The position numbers were made by a program, and so were the translations under genes. Shown here piece after piece: positions 58,406-64,000 of a stretch of 64,000 nt of DNA. Position 1 is the stretch's first letter, and every line of letters begins with the position of its first letter. The notes beneath the pieces were generated by a model that was given only the letters and a program-made list of their open reading frames with translations, ran no database searches and had not been told where the DNA came from. Source of the stretch: Maribacter sp. 2-571 (GTDB lineage: Bacteria; Bacteroidota; Bacteroidia; Flavobacteriales; Flavobacteriaceae); the NCBI RefSeq assembly GCF_050589625.1, contig NZ_JBNGOP010000003.1:87023-151022 (forward strand), read 5' to 3'.

Positions 58406-58912
58406 TGAGTTTGCATTGGAGGTTGCGCTTGAGCTTGCCACTTGAACTTTTTTAGTCTTTTTTCTTTCAGCGAAGCGGTCTTTTTTCAATTAGCAATTGA
58501 CGGTGGTTTATTGGATGGTAGAAGCAATTAGTGAATAGTATGGTCTGAAATTTGCGCTTGAAGTTGAATTTATTTTTTCATCGACCAACCACCAACCACC
58601 AACCACCAACCACGAACCACCAACCACTAACCACTAACCACTTTTTAGTACCCAGTACCTAGTATTCAGTATCAAGTACCTTACTGGCTACTACGGTTCA
58701 ATAAAAGTGCTCCCTCTTTAACCTGAGTTTGATTTTGTGCTTGAACTTGCCACTTGAACTTGAACTTTTTTAATCTTTTGTCCTTTTTCTTTCAGCGAAG
58801 CGGTCTTGTTTCAATTAGCAATTCAAGGTGGCTCATCGGATGGTAAAAGCAATTAGTGAATAGTTTAGTCCTGAATTTGCGCTTGAACTTGACACTTGAG
58901 CTTGAACTTTTT
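58406..58912. repeat. Composite intergenic repeat: two ~185-bp direct repeats (58406-58585 and 58724-58912) separated by heptamer microsatellites (CCAACCA)x8 (58585-58642) and (AGTAYYN)x5 (58646-58681)
   Basis: Both copies share ...ttgccacttgaac...tttctttcagcgaagcggtctt..ttcaattagcaatt.a.ggtgg...tggatggta.aagcaattagtgaatag.....tg.a.tttgcgcttgaa.ttga...; the microsatellite is a near-perfect accaacc array. Confidence 0.8.
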
Positions 58913-58949
58913 TTAGCACCCAATAGCACCCAGAACTCCCACACCTGCA

Positions 58950-60008
58950 CTAGGCCTTTTTTATCCACGCAACAACTTCCTCCGTTACTTCTTGTGTCGA
59001 TGCATTCCCCCCAAGGTCGCGGGTAAGAACCTTTCCTTCGGAAGTCAACGCTTCTATGGCATTTAAGATCAATAGGGCACCTTCCGTTTCTCCAAGATGA
59101 TCGAGCATCATGGCCCCGGTCCAAAAACAAGCAATAGGGTTGGCCAAATTTTTACCCGCAATATCGGGGGCACTACCATGTACCGGTTCGAACATACTCG
59201 GGTATTCTTTTTCTGGATTGAGGTTGGCACCGGGCGCAATTCCCATACCACCTGCGATGGCCGGCCCAAGATCGGATAAAATATCCCCAAAAAGGTTGCT
59301 GGCAACCACTACGTCGAAAGTACTCGGCCGACCCACAAAATGCGCACTAAGGATATCGATATGAAATTGGGATTGCTCCACTTCGGGATATGCTTTACCG
59401 ACTTCGCGAAAACGTTCGTCCCAAAAGGGCATGGTATGTACGATTCCGTTCGATTTTGTGGCACTTGCCAGTTTTTTGTTCCGTTTCGCTGCCAAGGTAT
59501 AGGCATATTTCATAACGCGATCGACGCCCCTTCGCGTAAATACACTTTCCTGTACCACCATCTCGTGTTCGGTGCCTTCGTTCAAACGACCTCCAATAGA
59601 AGAGTATTCCCCCTCGGTGTTTTCGCGGACGATATAAAAATCGACATCCCCAGGATTTTTTAATGGGGAGTCCACACCCTTTAAAAGCCGTACGGGCCTG
59701 AGGTTGATGTACTGTTGAAACGTTCTGCGAATGGGTACGAGCAAACCCCATAACGAAACATGGTCGGGTACGCCCGGGTAGCCTACCGCCCCAAGAAAAA
59801 TACCGTCACTGTCACGAAGCCGCTCCAAGCCGTCCGCTGGCATCATGGCCCCGGTTTTTTTATAGTGTTCACAGGAAAAGTCGTGGTTGGTATAGTTCAT
59901 TTGAAAGCCGCAACTTGCGCCTACGGCATCCAACACCTTAAGAGATGCGGGAATGACTTCATTGCCGATCCCATCTCCGGGAACGGTCGCTATTTGATGT
60001 GTTCTCAT
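58950..60008 (-). CDS. Isocitrate/isopropylmalate dehydrogenase family enzyme (tartrate/D-malate dehydrogenase-like)
   Basis: MRTHQIATVPGDGIGNEV...; 352 aa; conserved IDH/IMDH fold motifs (NLFGDILSDL). Confidence 0.75.
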   Translation of the reverse strand: MRTHQIATVPGDGIGNEVIPASLKVLDAVGASCGFQMNYTNHDFSCEHYKKTGAMMPADGLERLRDSDGIFLGAVGYPGVPDHVSLWGLLVPIRRTFQQYINLRPVRLLKGVDSPLKNPGDVDFYIVRENTEGEYSSIGGRLNEGTEHEMVVQESVFTRRGVDRVMKYAYTLAAKRNKKLASATKSNGIVHTMPFWDERFREVGKAYPEVEQSQFHIDILSAHFVGRPSTFDVVVASNLFGDILSDLGPAIAGGMGIAPGANLNPEKEYPSMFEPVHGSAPDIAGKNLANPIACFWTGAMMLDHLGETEGALLILNAIEALTSEGKVLTRDLGGNASTQEVTEEVVAWIKKA

Positions 60009-60139
60009 ATATGTGTTTTTTAGTAATCGGTAGCTCCCAATATTTCAGATGGGAACGATGAATAGGTTTTTATTTTTTGATATCTGAACGGGAATCCGTT
60101 CTTGTTGGTCCATTGCGTTATATCGGTCCGTCTTTTCTA

Positions 60140-61012
60140 TTAGCCAAAAAATTGGATAAAGGCATCCAGGGTTTGATCGGGTGCTTCCTCCGGTAAATAG
60201 TGTCCGCAGGGCAATGCATATCCGGTGACCTCGTCGGCCCATTTTTTCCATTCTTTTACAACATTATATTTTTTGCCTACATAACCCTTTTCGCCCCATA
60301 GACAGAGTGTTTCGCAAGGTGTTTTTTTCCCGCTGTCGATATCCGATTGGTCATGTTCAAGGTCTATCGATGCCGAGGCCCTATAATCTTCGCAACTGGC
60401 GTGTATAGTCTCCGGGGTCAGGCAACGTCGGTATTCGGCCATGGCGGCTTCGGTAAATGCACCGCTATCCCTTCCCCATTGTCCAAATTTTTTCAATAGG
60501 AAGTACTCAGGATCTGCGCCGATCATTTTTTCCGGAATGTCCGCGGGCTGAATTAGAAAAAACCAATGAAAGTATGCCGTTGCGAACTCCATATCGGTCG
60601 TCTTATACATGGTGTAGGTCGGGGCAATATCCAACACGGCCAGTTTCGTTATCGCCTGTGGATGATCTAAGGCCATCCGATGAGCCACTCGGCCACCGCG
60701 ATCATGCCCCGCCACGAAAAAAGAATCGAAGCCCAGGGCTTGCATTAACAACACTTGGTCTTTGGCCATTTCCCTTTTTGAATACGAACTGTGGTCGGGA
60801 ACCGTGGCGGGCTTGCCGCTGTCACCGTATCCTCGGAGGTCGCTTGCCACAACGGTGTAGCGCTCGGCCAAAAATGGGGCTATTTTATGCCATATGACAT
60901 GGCTTTGGGGGTATCCGTGCAATAATAATAAGGGTTTTCCTTTTCCACCTATCCGGTAATGGATGGTTGTGCCGTTAACCGTTGCCTTTTTTGTAGTAAA
61001 CCCTTCAAACAT
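60140..61012 (-). CDS. Alpha/beta-fold hydrolase (haloalkane dehalogenase / epoxide hydrolase-like)
   Basis: LLLHGYPQSHVIWHKIAP; nucleophile elbow GHDRGG; 290 aa. Confidence 0.7.
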   Translation of the reverse strand: MFEGFTTKKATVNGTTIHYRIGGKGKPLLLLHGYPQSHVIWHKIAPFLAERYTVVASDLRGYGDSGKPATVPDHSSYSKREMAKDQVLLMQALGFDSFFVAGHDRGGRVAHRMALDHPQAITKLAVLDIAPTYTMYKTTDMEFATAYFHWFFLIQPADIPEKMIGADPEYFLLKKFGQWGRDSGAFTEAAMAEYRRCLTPETIHASCEDYRASASIDLEHDQSDIDSGKKTPCETLCLWGEKGYVGKKYNVVKEWKKWADEVTGYALPCGHYLPEEAPDQTLDAFIQFFG

Positions 61013-61015
61013 AAT

Positions 61016-62485
61016 TTATGGTTTTAGTTTTTCTGGAAATTTGTCAATGGTAATATCCCAAAGTTCGGGCAACACATAATAAACGAAACCCGTTAGGATT
61101 ACTATGGAGATGATGTTCATAAACAGTCCCTTTTGTACCATATCCGGTATACGGAGATATCCTGAACCGAATACCACGGCATTGGGTGGTGTAGCTACGG
61201 GCAGCATGTACGCGCAAGATGCCGCGACCGCGGTTCCTACCATTAAAACAAAGGGATGGATATCTATGGTCAGGGCCATGGGTGCCAGAACGGGGAGCAA
61301 CATGGCGGTAGTTGCCAGGTTGGAGGTGATTTCCGTGAGAAAATTGACCGCGGTTATCAGAACCAAGATCAAAAGCAAAAAGGGCAGGTCGGTAAGCGAG
61401 GTCATTTGGTTTCCGATCCAATTGGCCAGTCCGCTTACTTCAAAACCTTTGGCCAATGCCATGCCTCCACCGAACAGTAAGATGATGCCCCAAGGCATTT
61501 TTACGGCTTCTTCCCAACCGATTAGGGCCCCTTTTTTATTTTTAGCGGGAATCAGAAAAAGCACAATGGCAAATACCATGGCGATAATGGTATCGTCCAA
61601 TTGCGGTAGTATTTTTTGAAGCAGAAAAGAACGGGTAATCCAACAGAAAGCGGTGCTGGCAAAAACGATCGCCACCAGTTTTTCCTCATAGGTGATCTTG
61701 CCCAGGTTGGCCAACTGCTTTTTAATTTCGTCCTTTCCGCCGGGAAAATTTTCTTGGTCGAACGTAAAGGCAAAACGGGTTAAATACACCCAACAGATAA
61801 AGAGTAACAGAATGGCAATGGGAAGCCCAAAAGCGAACCATTGCATAAAGGTAATCTCGTACCCATAGGTGTCCAAGACCACTCCTGCCAAAACAAGATT
61901 GGGGGGCGTGCCGATCAAGGTCGCTATGCCTCCGATGGATGCACTGTAGGCGATGGATAGCATCAGGGCCTTTCCGAAGATGGTGTTTTCGTTTTTTACC
62001 GTTCCCGGATTGTCCTGCAATTGTTTTATGATCGCAATACCGATGGGCAACATCATTACCGAGGTGGCCGTGTTGGAAATCCACATGGATAAAAAGGCGG
62101 TGGCGACCATGAACCCCAAGATGATCTTTCGAACGTTGGACCCGATAATCTTTATAATATTCAGGGCTATACGCCTATGGAGGTTCCATTTTTCTATGGT
62201 GATGGCAATAATAAAGCCGCCCATATACAGAAAAATGTACTTGTGCCCAAAGGAGCCCGAAGTACTGGGGAGATCCAAACCTCCCGATAAGGGAAAAAGG
62301 ACCAAGGGCAGCAGCGCTGTGGCGGCAATGGGGATGGCCTCCGTAATCCACCAAACGGCGATCCAGGCGGTGGTGGCCAAAATGGCGTTCGCCTCCTTTG
62401 ACAAGCCTTCCGGATGAAAAAAGTTAAGAATGATCAAAAACAGTAAGGGTCCTAGAAAGAGACCGATTTTTTTGGTTGTGGGCAT
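61016..62485 (-). CDS. DASS/SLC13-family Na+-coupled di/tricarboxylate or anion symporter
   Basis: 489 aa polytopic protein with duplicated hairpin-motif regions typical of SLC13/DASS. Confidence 0.7.
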   Translation of the reverse strand: MPTTKKIGLFLGPLLFLIILNFFHPEGLSKEANAILATTAWIAVWWITEAIPIAATALLPLVLFPLSGGLDLPSTSGSFGHKYIFLYMGGFIIAITIEKWNLHRRIALNIIKIIGSNVRKIILGFMVATAFLSMWISNTATSVMMLPIGIAIIKQLQDNPGTVKNENTIFGKALMLSIAYSASIGGIATLIGTPPNLVLAGVVLDTYGYEITFMQWFAFGLPIAILLLFICWVYLTRFAFTFDQENFPGGKDEIKKQLANLGKITYEEKLVAIVFASTAFCWITRSFLLQKILPQLDDTIIAMVFAIVLFLIPAKNKKGALIGWEEAVKMPWGIILLFGGGMALAKGFEVSGLANWIGNQMTSLTDLPFLLLILVLITAVNFLTEITSNLATTAMLLPVLAPMALTIDIHPFVLMVGTAVAASCAYMLPVATPPNAVVFGSGYLRIPDMVQKGLFMNIISIVILTGFVYYVLPELWDITIDKFPEKLKP

Positions 62486-62486
62486 A

Positions 62487-63392
62487 TCAACAAATTAAAT
62501 AATACAATAGCATTAGGGTGCCGACGGATAGGGGAATGCCCACTCCTGGCATTAAAAGGGCCAGTTTTGGCCTCGGGTTTAACGATACGGCAACGATCGC
62601 TATAGTGTTCATAGAACCGATGCCGGCCCCAAGAATACATATTTTTGCGATAAGCGTGTGTTGAAGCCCCAAAAAAAAGAAAAGCATATAAATGAGTACA
62701 GGTGCCAAAACCAGTTTGTAAAACTGGCCCAACCAAAGAAACTTCCGGTTTTCCCCAAATCCCTTGAGCTGTACTTGGAGCCCTATGGTGAAAAGGGCCA
62801 AAACGGAAAAAGGACTACTCAGAAAGGTCAACACCGATTTGGTGGAGCTGTGGTGTTCATAATCGAAAAAGAGGAGCAACATGGCTATGAACATTGCTAT
62901 AAACGGTGGGAACTGTACTATTTTCTTGACTATTACGGATGGTTTTGGCTGTTCTTGTGCGTACCAATACCCCGTTAAAATACCTACCGAATTGCATACG
63001 ACAAGGGTGCCTGCAATACTCATTACAATACCATAGGAAAGCCCTTCATCGCCATAGAACAACTTAAAAAATGGAAATCCGACAAAAGAGATACTGCCGA
63101 TACCGGAGGTCATGATCAATGCCGCCCTAACTTTTTTGGGAATGGGCGTAAGTTGGTGTACCGCCTCAAAAAAAAGAAGGGAGCACCCGTAAATGATCCA
63201 GGGCGTGATGAGCAACCAAATATGGACGATATCGAATTTAAATTGGCTCAGATGCAGCAATATAAGCACCGGTAAAAAAAAGTAGATGAGTGTTTTATTG
63301 AGCGATAGCGCAAAATTGGATGGCAATACGCTGAGGTTTCTTAGCAGATAACCGAGGGTAAAAGATGAGAAGAGAACAAAGTGATTTTCCAT
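62487..63392 (-). CDS. AEC-family (auxin-efflux-carrier-like / malate permease-like) transporter
   Basis: 301 aa, about 10 TM helices, 2-nt spacing to the DASS gene (operon). Confidence 0.65.
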   Translation of the reverse strand: MENHFVLFSSFTLGYLLRNLSVLPSNFALSLNKTLIYFFLPVLILLHLSQFKFDIVHIWLLITPWIIYGCSLLFFEAVHQLTPIPKKVRAALIMTSGIGSISFVGFPFFKLFYGDEGLSYGIVMSIAGTLVVCNSVGILTGYWYAQEQPKPSVIVKKIVQFPPFIAMFIAMLLLFFDYEHHSSTKSVLTFLSSPFSVLALFTIGLQVQLKGFGENRKFLWLGQFYKLVLAPVLIYMLFFFLGLQHTLIAKICILGAGIGSMNTIAIVAVSLNPRPKLALLMPGVGIPLSVGTLMLLYYLIC

Positions 63393-63461
63393 GCCATTTT
63401 AAAACAGAGGCCCCGCTGGGCGGAGCCTCTATAAACTAACTCAAACCAAACAAAAAACTAC

Positions 63462-64000
63462 TTAAAAAGTAACGTTCAAACCCGTAAAGTAATAGGAGCC
63501 GTTGAACCCGAACTGATTGGAATTCCTGGAATACGGAATTTGCCCGTTCGCGTACGAACTGGCTTGGCCAACAAAACCATCCGCGGTATTGTTGTACTTG
63601 TCGGGGTATACATCAAAAATATTGTTCGCTCCCAGTGTGAAGCGGAAATTTTCGCTTAGGGCATAAGAAACGCTAAGGTCCGTTATGGCCTTCGCGGCAA
63701 AGGTCTGTATGTTGTTGGGTCCCGCTCCTGCCGATACGTTGGAATCGGCGAGGTCGAGCCCCCTACTGGAAGCTTGTACGGATCCAAAATTGGTGAGCCT
63801 GCCCGTTATGCCAAAACGCCCGGTATTGTAGTTGACGTTCATGAGCAGTTTGTTTCGGGGTTGTGCCACTTCGATCAGTTCGGTGGCGACCGCCCCTAAA
63901 AGTTTCTGACCTTGAAACTCCTCGGCTGCCCCGGCCAATATTTCGGCAGGTGTATCCTTTTGGCTTTTTACCTTGGTTTCGTTTATGGTAAAGGCAATAC
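63462..64000 (-). CDS. TonB-dependent receptor, C-terminal portion (5' end beyond the window)
   Basis: C-terminal barrel strands ending ...YYFTGLNVTF (aromatic terminal residue); the frame stays open to the window end. Confidence 0.65.
   Translation of the reverse strand, partial: IAFTINETKVKSQKDTPAEILAGAAEEFQGQKLLGAVATELIEVAQPRNKLLMNVNYNTGRFGITGRLTNFGSVQASSRGLDLADSNVSAGAGPNNIQTFAAKAITDLSVSYALSENFRFTLGANNIFDVYPDKYNNTADGFVGQASSYANGQIPYSRNSNQFGFNGSYYFTGLNVTF

Overview
This 64-kb window is Flavobacteriia-like chromosome (gliding-motility gldE/gldD genes, a SusC/SusD PUL, T9SS C-terminal sorting domains; about 40-47% GC with AT-rich islets). In order it contains:

(1) A housekeeping block: RNase E/G (3'-truncated by the window edge), HU, MutY, SSB, GldE and GldD.
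(2) An AT-rich islet of small hypothetical, secreted and membrane proteins (5.4-9.1 kb).
(3) A laminarin-type polysaccharide utilisation locus: a propeller/Y_Y_Y/LuxR one-component regulator, SusC, SusD, a repeat-containing surface glycan-binding lipoprotein and two GH16 laminarinases.
(4) A 9-kb island bounded by a diverged duplication of the 3' end and terminator of a band-7/SPFH gene. It carries two very large multidomain T9SS-secreted enzymes and a membrane AraC regulator.
(5) A 3.5-kb ORF-free locus on the minus strand. It holds scrambled tRNA fragments, a structured ORF-free stretch with a duplicated sRNA-like motif, and a tight tandem tRNA array. In the array, canonical tRNA-Gln/Glu/Trp are interleaved with tRNA-like genes (His, Pro, Asp, Tyr, Ser and possibly Cys anticodons) whose T-loop is replaced by a conserved GTTC-CCCCGA-N4-TCGGGG hairpin.
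(6) Directly upstream and co-oriented with the array, an rtcB-prfH (release-factor-H-coupled RNA ligase) cassette with a TPR protein and a Cys-rich basic protein. The cassette is flanked by two copies of a roughly 230-bp promoter/terminator-bearing repeat.
(7) A VIT-VWA protein, secreted hypotheticals, a LytS-type sensor kinase with a LytTR regulator, and two paralogous lipoprotein genes duplicated together with their upstream sequence.
(8) A second RtcB homologue divergent from an HD hydrolase and a WYL regulator.
(9) Metabolic and transport genes, with an intergenic region containing heptamer microsatellites and a 190-bp direct repeat.

The strongest candidate for something new is the rtcB-prfH cassette together with the array of T-arm-remodelled tRNA-like genes.
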